Source: Gammaproteobacteria bacterium
Lineage (GTDB): Bacteria > Pseudomonadota > Gammaproteobacteria > JABABF01
NCBI GenBank assembly: GCA_965237805.1
Contig: OZ250153.1
Coordinates: 512,001 to 576,000 of the forward strand
Direction: 5' to 3'
Length of the DNA: 64,000 nt
Shown: piece after piece, positions 45,233 through 53,600 of the stretch
Layout: each line of letters opens with the position of its first letter
Position numbering within the stretch: the stretch's first letter is position 1
Program-made: the position numbers and the translations under genes
Notes under the pieces: model-generated
What the model was told of the DNA's origin: nothing
The model's database searches: none
The model's input: only the letters and a program-made list of their open reading frames with translations

Positions 45233-45769
45233 ATGACATTCAATCACACACAAAGAGCCCTCAAGATCGAACTTGAGAATTGTACGAGGCTGGAGGAAGA
45301 GCTTCAAGCACAGATCAGCAAGTGCAAAAGAGAAATCGAAGAGCTGCAGCGTATTCGTGAAAGATTCCTACCACTTGTGGAAGGCGCGAATCATGTGAAA
45401 TCAGGCGCAAGTAGCAAGCGCCTTGGCCAACGCCGTTCAGGCAGCGTACCAAACCAAATCACTGAATGTCTGGATGCTGCGCCACAGGGGCTCTCTTTTG
45501 CCGAATTAGCTCGCCAAATCACAGCACGACGCTCATATCTAGTCTTTAGCATTAAAAGCTTGCTAGCGGATCAGAATATTGAAAGTCGCGAAGAACAGGG
45601 CGAGACTATCTATAGCCGGTCTGGCGCACAGGCTTCTTCATGCGAATCCGAAGGACAAGAAGAAGCTGGTCCCTTAGGGGACCGCAATCCAACCAAGGAC
45701 GGAAGTCCTGGTAGGGGGAGTCAAAGTGCTACTGTAGCCAGTAGCAGTGCGACGGGCTTCAGGATATAG
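45233..45769 (+). CDS. Hypothetical protein: N-terminal coiled coil, predicted winged helix, low-complexity tail
   Basis: Heptad LEEELQAQISKCKREIEELQRIRE; ITECLDAAPQGLSFAELARQI...SIKSLLADQNIESREEQGETIYS resembles a wHTH; AGGA/AAGGG RBS; lower GC than flanks. Confidence 0.7.
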   Translation: MTFNHTQRALKIELENCTRLEEELQAQISKCKREIEELQRIRERFLPLVEGANHVKSGASSKRLGQRRSGSVPNQITECLDAAPQGLSFAELARQITARRSYLVFSIKSLLADQNIESREEQGETIYSRSGAQASSCESEGQEEAGPLGDRNPTKDGSPGRGSQSATVASSSATGFRI

Positions 45770-45875
45770 GGCGTCAGGCGCTGACCGAGCCTCCGAGTGG
45801 AGATGTTGTGGGCACACAGCATTTCCGCTCGGTCAGTTAGGCTTTGGTCATTGTGATCCCGCTGTCCCGTTGTGG
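45665..45875 (+). ncRNA. Candidate structured RNA element (unassigned family)
   Basis: Five stems within ~210 nt, several with G-U pairs that only form on the plus-strand transcript. Confidence 0.4.
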
Positions 45876-45878
45876 ATT

Positions 45879-45908
45879 ATTTTATCTGCTACTTCAAATT
45901 TCTGTCAA
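45879..45908 (-). promoter_or_regulatory. Convergent (antisense) sigma70 promoter
   Basis: Minus strand TTGACA (45908-45903), 18 nt, TAAAAT (45884-45879); no ORF of 60 aa or more downstream. Confidence 0.6.
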
Positions 45909-46040
45909 GCCCTCGCCCACAAAGCTTTCACCATACACTGCGCGATTCCACTCCGTCACTCTTGCAATAATTTTCCAGTGCGGGTCTTGACTGCCCTAGC
46001 AACGGCTTGACCTGCCACCGCACAACTCGAGGACACCGGG

Positions 46041-46832
46041 ATGAGCAATACATTAGCAGGACGCGCCGCATTAATCACCGGTGCCGGACAGGGTGTCGGG
46101 CGCGGCATCGCTCTGCGCATGGCCAAGGCCGGTGCCAAGGTGATGATCGCCGAGATCAATCCAGACACTGGCTCCGTCGTGGCCGAGGAGATCAACACCC
46201 TCGGCGGCGAGGCCTACTCCATCCAAAGCGATGTCAGCATCCAAGAACAGACCGAGACCGCCGTGGCCGCGACCATCGAGCACTGTGGCGGCATCGATAT
46301 CCTCGTCAACAACGCCTACGCTGGCAGCCCACCGGACCGCTTGGAGCGCAAAACCACCGAGGATGTGGACGCGGCGATGAAGGTCAGCCTGCACGCCGCC
46401 ATGTGGGCCATGCACGCGGCCTTCCCCACCATGCGCTCACAGCAGTTCGGGCGCATCATCACCATCTGCTCGCTGAACGGTGTCAACGCCCATATGTTCT
46501 CGGTGCACTACAACATCGCCAAGGAAGCCCAGCGCACGCTGATGCGCTCAGCGGCGGTGGAGTGGGCTCCACACGGCATCACCTGCAACGCCATCTGCCC
46601 GGCCGCCGCGACCCCCTCCTACGAGCAGCTGCGCGAGGCGGCACCGGAGATGGCCGCCGATGTCATGAAGCAGAATCCGATGGGCTATATGGGTGACCCG
46701 GAGGCCGATATCGGTGGCGTGGCAGTGTTCCTCGCCAGCGAGGACGCCCGCTACCTCACTGGCAACACTCTCTTTGCCGACGGTGGCAGCCACATCAACG
46801 GGGTGAGTTTCAAGCCGCCAGTGGCGGACTGA
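46041..46832 (+). CDS. SDR
   Basis: TGAGQGVG, NNAY, YNIAK, ADGG. Confidence 0.92.
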   Translation: MSNTLAGRAALITGAGQGVGRGIALRMAKAGAKVMIAEINPDTGSVVAEEINTLGGEAYSIQSDVSIQEQTETAVAATIEHCGGIDILVNNAYAGSPPDRLERKTTEDVDAAMKVSLHAAMWAMHAAFPTMRSQQFGRIITICSLNGVNAHMFSVHYNIAKEAQRTLMRSAAVEWAPHGITCNAICPAAATPSYEQLREAAPEMAADVMKQNPMGYMGDPEADIGGVAVFLASEDARYLTGNTLFADGGSHINGVSFKPPVAD

Positions 46833-46861
46833 GTGGGGCGAGCCGCCCTGCTCGGAGGCAG

Positions 46862-47842
46862 CTAAAGCGTCAACGCACTGTCGATGCGCTCGCAGACCTC
46901 CGCTGTGAGCAGCGGCACCACCTCGGCGGCACCGAGCGTCTCCTCTAGCTGCTCCAGCTTGGAGGCCCCAAGGATGACCGTGCTGACATTGGGGTTCAGC
47001 AGGCACCAAGCGACTGCAAGGCGGGACATAGAGACGCCCAGCTCCTCGCAGATGGGCACCAGCTGGCGCACTTGAGCCAAGCGGTGCTGACCGCGCTCGC
47101 TGTCGATGGCGCTCTTGCGCAGCCATTCGTAGCCGGGCAAGGTGGCGCGGGAGCCCTCGGGCACGCCGTCCAGGTACTTGCCGCTCAGCACACCGGAGGC
47201 CAGTGGCGACCAAGTGGTGGTGCCAAGACCGATGTCGCCACCGTAGAGATGGGCGTATTCCCGCTCGAAGCGCTGGCGGTCGAGCAGGTTGTAAAGCGGC
47301 TGCTCCATGGTCGGCAGTGCCAAGCCCTCACGGCGGGCGATACCCCAAGCCTCGGTGATCTCCTGCGCCGTCCACTCCGATGTCCCCCAGTAGAGCACCT
47401 TGCCCTGACGGATGAGCGCATCCATGGCGCGCACCGTCTCCTCGATGGGTGTTTCGGGATCGGCACGGTGGCAGAAATACAGATCCAGATAGTCCAGCCC
47501 CCAGCGGCGCAGAGCTTGATGGCAGGCCTCCGTGACATGCTTGCGCGACAGCCCGCGCTGGGTGGGGGCAGGATTTTCGACGCCGCCGAAGAACACCTTG
47601 CTGGAGACACAGTAGCTATCGCGGCTCCAGTCACGTTTTTTCAGCGCCTGCCCCATCAGCTCCTCAGCGGCACCTCGGTTGTAGCCCTCAGCACCGTCGA
47701 AAAAGTTCACCCCAGCATCATAGGCGCAGCTCATCAAGCGCTCGGTCAAAGCGGCATCGACTTGGGTGCCGATGGTCACCCAAGAGCCGAAAGACAGCTC
47801 GCTGAGTTTGAGGCCAGATTGGCCTAGACGGCGGTAATTAAT
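46862..47842 (-). CDS. Aldo/keto reductase (Kv-beta-like); homology extends to an ATT codon at 47842
   Basis: NYRRLGQSGLKLSELSFGSW, FFDGAEGY, SSKVF, LYFCHR, GKVLYWGTSEW, WSPLASG. Confidence 0.92.
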   Translation of the reverse strand: MNYRRLGQSGLKLSELSFGSWVTIGTQVDAALTERLMSCAYDAGVNFFDGAEGYNRGAAEELMGQALKKRDWSRDSYCVSSKVFFGGVENPAPTQRGLSRKHVTEACHQALRRWGLDYLDLYFCHRADPETPIEETVRAMDALIRQGKVLYWGTSEWTAQEITEAWGIARREGLALPTMEQPLYNLLDRQRFEREYAHLYGGDIGLGTTTWSPLASGVLSGKYLDGVPEGSRATLPGYEWLRKSAIDSERGQHRLAQVRQLVPICEELGVSMSRLAVAWCLLNPNVSTVILGASKLEQLEETLGAAEVVPLLTAEVCERIDSALTL

Positions 47843-48014
47843 GGCGGGGTACTCAGTGGTTGCAACTCACAATGCTCAGGGGTTCATAGAGCGGTGGCTG
47901 CAAGTGATGTCCTATTTTGCAACAAAGCTCGCAAACCGAAGCTGCAATCTTGTCTAGCCACCACCCTCATCAGTCCCGACCACCAGCTCATGATGGAGCG
48001 AATCTCCCCCAATA

Positions 48015-49226
48015 TCACGCGCTCTCAACTACCCCACCAGCGTCATCGACCCCATAGTTGAGCAGCTGGTAGTAAGGCTCATAACGGAAGAGGCGATTGC
48101 GCGCATGACCAGTGATCTCGCGCAAGATGCCCAAATCGACAAGGCGCGATATCAGACGGTTGGCAGCAGGATAGGATGTGCCAATATTTTTTTGCACCAT
48201 GGCCACAGAGCTAATAGGGCACGAAAATAAAGCTTCATGCACTTTCAGGGTGCTGCCAGCAACCGAGCTGTATCTGTCAAGGATGATGGCCCGGTGCTGT
48301 TCACGCAAGTCGAGGATGGCGCGAGTGGTCTTCGCTGCCTCGATGCTGACTGCCGTCACACCACGCAGAAAAAAGGCTAACCATCCCTCCCAATCGCCGT
48401 GGTCACGCACCGCCTGTAAATGGGAGTAGTATTCGCTCTGGTAACGCCTGAAGTAATGGGAGAGGTACAGCACGGGCTTTTGGAGTACCCCCCGCTCTTT
48501 TAGGAGCAAGCTGATCAACAGGCGCCCGACTCGCCCGTTGCCATCGAGAAAGGGGTGAATGGTCTCAAATTGAGCGTGAACCAACGCGATGGTGGCCAGC
48601 ACAGGACGCTCGTCCACACTGCTTTGATGGATGAATTTCTCCAAATCACCGAGTAACGCGGGCACGTTCTCCGCTGGCGGCGGCACAAAATAAGCATCGT
48701 GCAAACTGCAGCCAGCAGAGCCAATCCAATTCTGGCTGCGACGCAATTCGCCAGGGGTCAAATTGCCACCACGCACACCAGCTAGCAACTGTTCATGTAT
48801 TTCCCGGATCAGGCGCACACAAACTGGCAAATCCCTCAGACGATCTAGGCCGTAGCGCATCGCTTTGACATGGTTGATCAGTTCCCCGACATCGCTGCCC
48901 TTGGCTTGGGTGCCGAAGAGTTCGGCCTCAGCCGACAGCAGATCGTGTAAGGAACTTTGGGTGCCTTCGATTTGGCTGGAGAGTACGGCTTCCTTGCGGA
49001 TGTACATGAACGCAAAGAGATCGGCGTTGGGCAATGTCTGCACCGCCCCATCAAGACGCCCGAGGGCGCTATCGGCCTGTGAGAGCAGCACCTGTAGCTC
49101 GCCTTCCAACTGTAGTGGCGGGTCTGGCGGCAAGGCGGCGGGGATGAATGCCCGGTACCCTGTTGGCTGCTTCACATAGCGCCCGGCGCGCTCAGGCAGC
49201 TGGCGCATATCATTCTCAAGACCCAT
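48015..49226 (-). CDS. Fic family protein (class II, DUF4172-type N-terminus, C-terminal HTH)
   Basis: HPFLDGNGRVGR catalytic loop, SSQIEG inhibitory motif, AFIPAALPP, EITG..RNR. Confidence 0.93.
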   Translation of the reverse strand: MGLENDMRQLPERAGRYVKQPTGYRAFIPAALPPDPPLQLEGELQVLLSQADSALGRLDGAVQTLPNADLFAFMYIRKEAVLSSQIEGTQSSLHDLLSAEAELFGTQAKGSDVGELINHVKAMRYGLDRLRDLPVCVRLIREIHEQLLAGVRGGNLTPGELRRSQNWIGSAGCSLHDAYFVPPPAENVPALLGDLEKFIHQSSVDERPVLATIALVHAQFETIHPFLDGNGRVGRLLISLLLKERGVLQKPVLYLSHYFRRYQSEYYSHLQAVRDHGDWEGWLAFFLRGVTAVSIEAAKTTRAILDLREQHRAIILDRYSSVAGSTLKVHEALFSCPISSVAMVQKNIGTSYPAANRLISRLVDLGILREITGHARNRLFRYEPYYQLLNYGVDDAGGVVESA

Positions 49227-49324
49227 CAGCAATCAACTCCCATATCGCAAAAGTCAAGGTCTATAATAACACCAAAGAACCATATAAGCACTGTTAAGTC
49301 ATCTTAGTAACATCTGGAGACTAT

Positions 49325-49447
49325 ACAGCAAGACCAACCCTGCCTTATCAGCTCTTAGAGTATGCACAGCAAGACCAGCTCTACCTTATCAACTCTTAGA
49401 GTACGTACAGCAAGACCAGCCCTGCCTTATCAACCCTTGGAGCATAT
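49325..49447. repeat. Three tandem 41-bp repeats upstream of the Fic gene
   Basis: ACAGCAAGACCARCYCTRCCTTATCARCYCTTRGAGYAYRY at 49325, 49366, 49407. Confidence 0.93.
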
Positions 49448-49488
49448 ACATCATGCTGTGCCTTTTATCGCAAAGGCCGCAGGGTGAC

Positions 49489-50124
49489 TTAGTGTTCAAC
49501 CACCGGCTGCTGCAGCTGCCACTCTTGGGGCACTCCGCCCACCCCCAAGCCCCGTAAATAGTCCAGCATCCCCACCCTATCCCACCACGGCTCTGCCCCC
49601 ACCACCTTGCGGCGGATCACCAGCTCGGGGTCGATGATGAAGGTCTCTGGCAGGTAGACCACATTGAAGCGCTGCTGGCTGAGCTCCAGCGTCGGATCCC
49701 AGCCCAATTGCACCACCTCGCTGTCCAACACGCTGTGGTACTGCTGCGGTAGGCGGGCGAGAAATTCCGCGATGTCGTCTCGCTCGGCATCTTGGGAAAT
49801 GGCAACCAATACCAACTGCCCATCCATCTCGTGGACCAGATCGAGCAGTAGCGGGAACTCCTTCAGGCAGGGCGGGCACCACGATGCCCAAAAGTTGAGC
49901 AGCTGCACACGACCCCGGTTATCGGCGAGGTGCAACTCACCGCCATCAAGGCGCTCGAACACAATGTCCTCAGCCACGGTTTGTGGTCGCCACGATGCGG
50001 CTGTCGGCATCGGCTTAGCATTCGGCTCCACTCGCTGCGGCAACACACCGCCCTGCCATAGCGCCAACAAGGCCATGCCGCCGATCAGCAACAAGGCCGC
50101 CGTGCGCAACAACAGCGCGATCAT
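49489..50124 (-). CDS. TlpA/ResA-family thiol:disulfide oxidoreductase
   Basis: N-terminal TM, LNFWASWCPPC.KE.P, LPETFIID. Confidence 0.92.
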   Translation of the reverse strand: MIALLLRTAALLLIGGMALLALWQGGVLPQRVEPNAKPMPTAASWRPQTVAEDIVFERLDGGELHLADNRGRVQLLNFWASWCPPCLKEFPLLLDLVHEMDGQLVLVAISQDAERDDIAEFLARLPQQYHSVLDSEVVQLGWDPTLELSQQRFNVVYLPETFIIDPELVIRRKVVGAEPWWDRVGMLDYLRGLGVGGVPQEWQLQQPVVEH

Positions 50125-52344
50125 TCAGACACCCTCGGGCTCGAGTTCGGACTCGGGCTCAGCGTGGCGCGCCAGCCGTGAAAGCACGAGGGCAAAGAGT
50201 ATCTCCGCTCCGCAGAACACCCCCAAGCCCAGCGCCGCCCCACTGGTGAAACCGTAGGAGTGCAGGCCGATGCCGAGCAGGTTGACGCCAAACCAAGCGA
50301 GGGCGACGACCACATTAAGCAGCACCAAACCGACGGCAAAACCCACCGCGCCGAGGAGTTCGGCAATGCGCCCGTGTAGCAGGAAAATCAGCCACAGTGA
50401 AATCAGCAGTGCGCCGTTCTCTTTGGGATCCCAGCCCCAAAAGCGCCCCCATGACTGATCGGCCCAGATGCCGCCCAAGATGGTACCGAAGATGGTGAAC
50501 AGGACAGCCACCAAAGCAACGCCGATCAGCGCACGTCCGGCGGGGTCGTCAGCTCCCGGCTCGACACCGCGCCCCGAGGCACGGTTGAGCAACCAGATGT
50601 GGGCACCGATGCCAGCGGCGAGGCACAAACCGTAGCCAGTGGTGATGGTCAACACATGGGTGGCGAGCCAGAAGTTGGTGTTGAGTACCGCCACCAACAC
50701 CTCCAATGACTCTTCGCCAGCAAAATAGGGTGCCAACAGTAGTAGCGTGGCTCCCGACAGCGTGCTGACAGCCAGCCCGACGCCATCGGCTCGCATACGG
50801 GACAACACCAAGCCGAACAGCCCACTGATCAGCGCGACGAAGAGGATGGATTCATAGAGGGTGCCCACTGGCGGGCGCTCGAGTAGCCACACACGGCTAA
50901 GCATCCCCGTCAGATGCACCGCCACCGCCAGCACCGTTACCACCTGTGCCAGCCGGTACAGCGGCGGCCGCTCCCCCCACATGCTGGTGAACCCCGCCAA
51001 AGCTGCCGCCACCGCCCAGGCATGCCGGTGCCCGGGGCGATGCTCGAAGTAGAGGTAGCCCGCCAAGACGGCGAAAGCCAGCAGATACAGCGCCAAGCTG
51101 AGGCGGAATGGCGCAAGGCGCTGGTAGACATACTCCACCTCTAAGCGGCTGGCGGTCGCGGCTGGAAGTTGCGCCAGCGTCGCCGTGCGCAGCTCGGCGG
51201 TGGTCACTCCCCACGTCGCGGCATCGCCGTCGCGGTACGCGCTCGCCAACTGCGCGAGCAGGGTCATTTGACGAGCACTGGCAGGACCGCCCAAGCCGGA
51301 TTTGATCAGCGACCAAGGGGAATACCACAGCCGCTGCTCGTTCTCCCACTGCGGCGGCACGATGCGCAGGATCTCACTGAAAGCGTCCACGCCCATCCGC
51401 CGCATCGCCCGGTCGAGACGCAAGGTCTCCCGCTGCCTAGCATTAAATTTCAGATCGGGCTCCACCAGCTCCTCCGCCCCCGGCGTGGACAGCGCCGCCT
51501 CGACCCCCGGGACGGCCTGCCCTGCCACACGCTCCACAGCGCTTTTTGACTCGATTCCGGCACGCTCCCACAGCGGCGCGGCGAGGCGCTCCAAGGCGGT
51601 GCGCGAGCGCAACATCTGTAGATAGCTGTAATCCTGTCCGGCTCGCAGCTGCAACTGGCTGGCCAGCTTCGTCGACTCGAGCCGGAAGTCGGGCAAGAGC
51701 ATCGACAGCGAACGGCTGATCTCGAAGTAAACGAGGAGCTGCGTATAGAGCTCGCCCAGCGCCAGCTCTACCGAGGACAGCGACTCGGGCGTCGCTGTGC
51801 GCAACCGGCTCAGCTGGGCACCGACCGTGGGCAGGGTGGCGGCCACTTCGGTGAAAGAGTACAGCTGCGAGCTGCGCACACTCAGCCCCAGCGCATCGAC
51901 CAGAGCTCGGTCATCAATACGAAAAACAGGCCTCAGGGCTGACTCGGCGGGCTCGAACAGCAGCTCGGCGAGCCATGATACCGCGCTGACCGGCCCCAAG
52001 TGCACAGCGCCGCTGAGTGCACGCAAGCGGGCACGGGCAAAGCTTTGTAAGGGCTTCACGCGCCCCATATGCTGAATCGGCAGGCGGGCAAAATCGCGAT
52101 GCTCCAAGCCCACCGGCAGGACCTGCGGAGCGGGCGGCACCGCCACCCCCCCCGCCACGATGCTGCGACGCGGCTCACCATCAGCAGCAGCCAGCGGCAG
52201 CAGCACGGCAACTGCCAGTGCCGTGATCACAGCCAACGCCATCCACGCCCGCATCGGCGCGGGGCGGCGGCGCGGTGCGCTCAGCGCCACCACGCCCTGC
52301 TCCTGCGCGCGAACAGCGGCGGCAACCGACCAAACAGATGCCAT
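50125..52344 (-). CDS. ccsA: System II cytochrome c biogenesis protein CcsA/ResC, long form
   Basis: GRVKPL.SFAR, PVGTLYES, VLNTNFWLATHV, GGIWADQSWGRFWGWDPKENG (WWD), GLHSYG; start uncertain. Confidence 0.9.
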   Translation of the reverse strand: MASVWSVAAAVRAQEQGVVALSAPRRRPAPMRAWMALAVITALAVAVLLPLAAADGEPRRSIVAGGVAVPPAPQVLPVGLEHRDFARLPIQHMGRVKPLQSFARARLRALSGAVHLGPVSAVSWLAELLFEPAESALRPVFRIDDRALVDALGLSVRSSQLYSFTEVAATLPTVGAQLSRLRTATPESLSSVELALGELYTQLLVYFEISRSLSMLLPDFRLESTKLASQLQLRAGQDYSYLQMLRSRTALERLAAPLWERAGIESKSAVERVAGQAVPGVEAALSTPGAEELVEPDLKFNARQRETLRLDRAMRRMGVDAFSEILRIVPPQWENEQRLWYSPWSLIKSGLGGPASARQMTLLAQLASAYRDGDAATWGVTTAELRTATLAQLPAATASRLEVEYVYQRLAPFRLSLALYLLAFAVLAGYLYFEHRPGHRHAWAVAAALAGFTSMWGERPPLYRLAQVVTVLAVAVHLTGMLSRVWLLERPPVGTLYESILFVALISGLFGLVLSRMRADGVGLAVSTLSGATLLLLAPYFAGEESLEVLVAVLNTNFWLATHVLTITTGYGLCLAAGIGAHIWLLNRASGRGVEPGADDPAGRALIGVALVAVLFTIFGTILGGIWADQSWGRFWGWDPKENGALLISLWLIFLLHGRIAELLGAVGFAVGLVLLNVVVALAWFGVNLLGIGLHSYGFTSGAALGLGVFCGAEILFALVLSRLARHAEPESELEPEGV

Positions 52345-53534
52345 AACAAACCCAAGCTCATCAACACACCGGCCAGATAGGGGAATACGCGCCCCGCATT
52401 GCGCACGGTGGCCAATACCGTGGTCTCGGCATCTCCGTTCTCATCCTCGACGAAAGAGGCTTGGTAAAGGCTGTAGTCCCGGTAGCGTAGCGGCCGGTTC
52501 ATGGAGATCGTGCGCTCGAAGGCGACGCTGCCGTCGATGATCCTCACGGTAGAGCGGTAATCGCTTGCGATGGCCGTGCTGGGGTGGAACTCGCGCTCGA
52601 AGTCGATCAGCTCGACGGTGAATGGCAGGCGAGCTTGGTGACGGCGCAGCTCGATGCGGTGGGACTTGCCACCCAGATGCAACACCGGGCTGTCGGCCAT
52701 GAACTCGTAGACAGCGTAGAGGCCGTCGAGCTCGTCGCTGGCCTCTTGCAGATAAAACACCACGCAGGCGCGGTTGCCGGTTGGGTCGCTGGCGAGGGGT
52801 GCGGCAACCAACTCCAGCGTGTTGGCCACGCCACGACGCGGAATGGCCTCCAGCTCACCATCCCACGCATCGTCGGGCTCAGCGGGGCGCGGTGTCGCGC
52901 GGCAGTTGCGCTCCGCCAACCACAGCTCGATGACAAAAGGGAAATCAGGTGGCGAGCGCAGCTGCTCGCCAGTGCGCAGCCAGTACTCATCGAAGATGGT
53001 CACCCACTGCTTGGCCACATCGCTATCCGCATCCTCGACAGCCTCCGAAATCACCGCCAACTCCAACAGCTCTGGGGAGTGGATCAGCGAGGAGCTCTGC
53101 CCTTCGCGCAACACCAAATTCCCCTCTTGGGAGAAGAGCAGGCTGATCAACCCACCGATCAGCAACAGCAAGGCGGCACCGTGGAGCAGCAACGTGCCGG
53201 CCGACCGCCACTGCCAGTGCTGGCGCTGGAGCATGCGCGCCGTGAGGCCGACGCCTATCAGCAACAGCATCGCCAAACCGCCGGGTAGCGGCAGGCTGCC
53301 GCCGAACAGCCAGAATGATTGCAAGTAATCCTCGCGCGCTTGGTAGAGGCCCGCCTCGCGCTGGGCCAGCGTGCCCAAAAAGACCAGCACCATCAGCCAC
53401 AGCAGAGCATAGCTGAACAGGCGCGGGCTGGCCAGCGCCGCCACCGAGCGCTGTACGCCGCGCCCAATCCAAGCGATCAGCCGTCTCAAGGGGCCGGCTC
53501 TGGATAACGGGAGGAACTGGACACGACTGCGCAC
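52281..53534 (-). CDS. ResB/CcsB-like cytochrome c biogenesis protein
   Basis: LVFLGTLAQ, LPGG, G..L.H, LPF.VEL.DF..EFHP.T....DY.S, ISMNRPLRY....YQASF; start uncertain. Confidence 0.85.
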   Translation of the reverse strand: MRSRVQFLPLSRAGPLRRLIAWIGRGVQRSVAALASPRLFSYALLWLMVLVFLGTLAQREAGLYQAREDYLQSFWLFGGSLPLPGGLAMLLLIGVGLTARMLQRQHWQWRSAGTLLLHGAALLLLIGGLISLLFSQEGNLVLREGQSSSLIHSPELLELAVISEAVEDADSDVAKQWVTIFDEYWLRTGEQLRSPPDFPFVIELWLAERNCRATPRPAEPDDAWDGELEAIPRRGVANTLELVAAPLASDPTGNRACVVFYLQEASDELDGLYAVYEFMADSPVLHLGGKSHRIELRRHQARLPFTVELIDFEREFHPSTAIASDYRSTVRIIDGSVAFERTISMNRPLRYRDYSLYQASFVEDENGDAETTVLATVRNAGRVFPYLAGVLMSLGLLWHLFGRLPPLFARRSRAWWR

Positions 53535-53600
53535 TGTTGCGCGAGTGTCGATGGGAAGACACTGTGAGTCGACACCGCGACCGGTGACGGCATGGGCATG

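Noticed and set aside
45028-49447. The two tandem arrays (28 bp and 41 bp) as CRISPR arrays
   Set aside because: No unique spacers between repeats, few units and no cas genes in the window.
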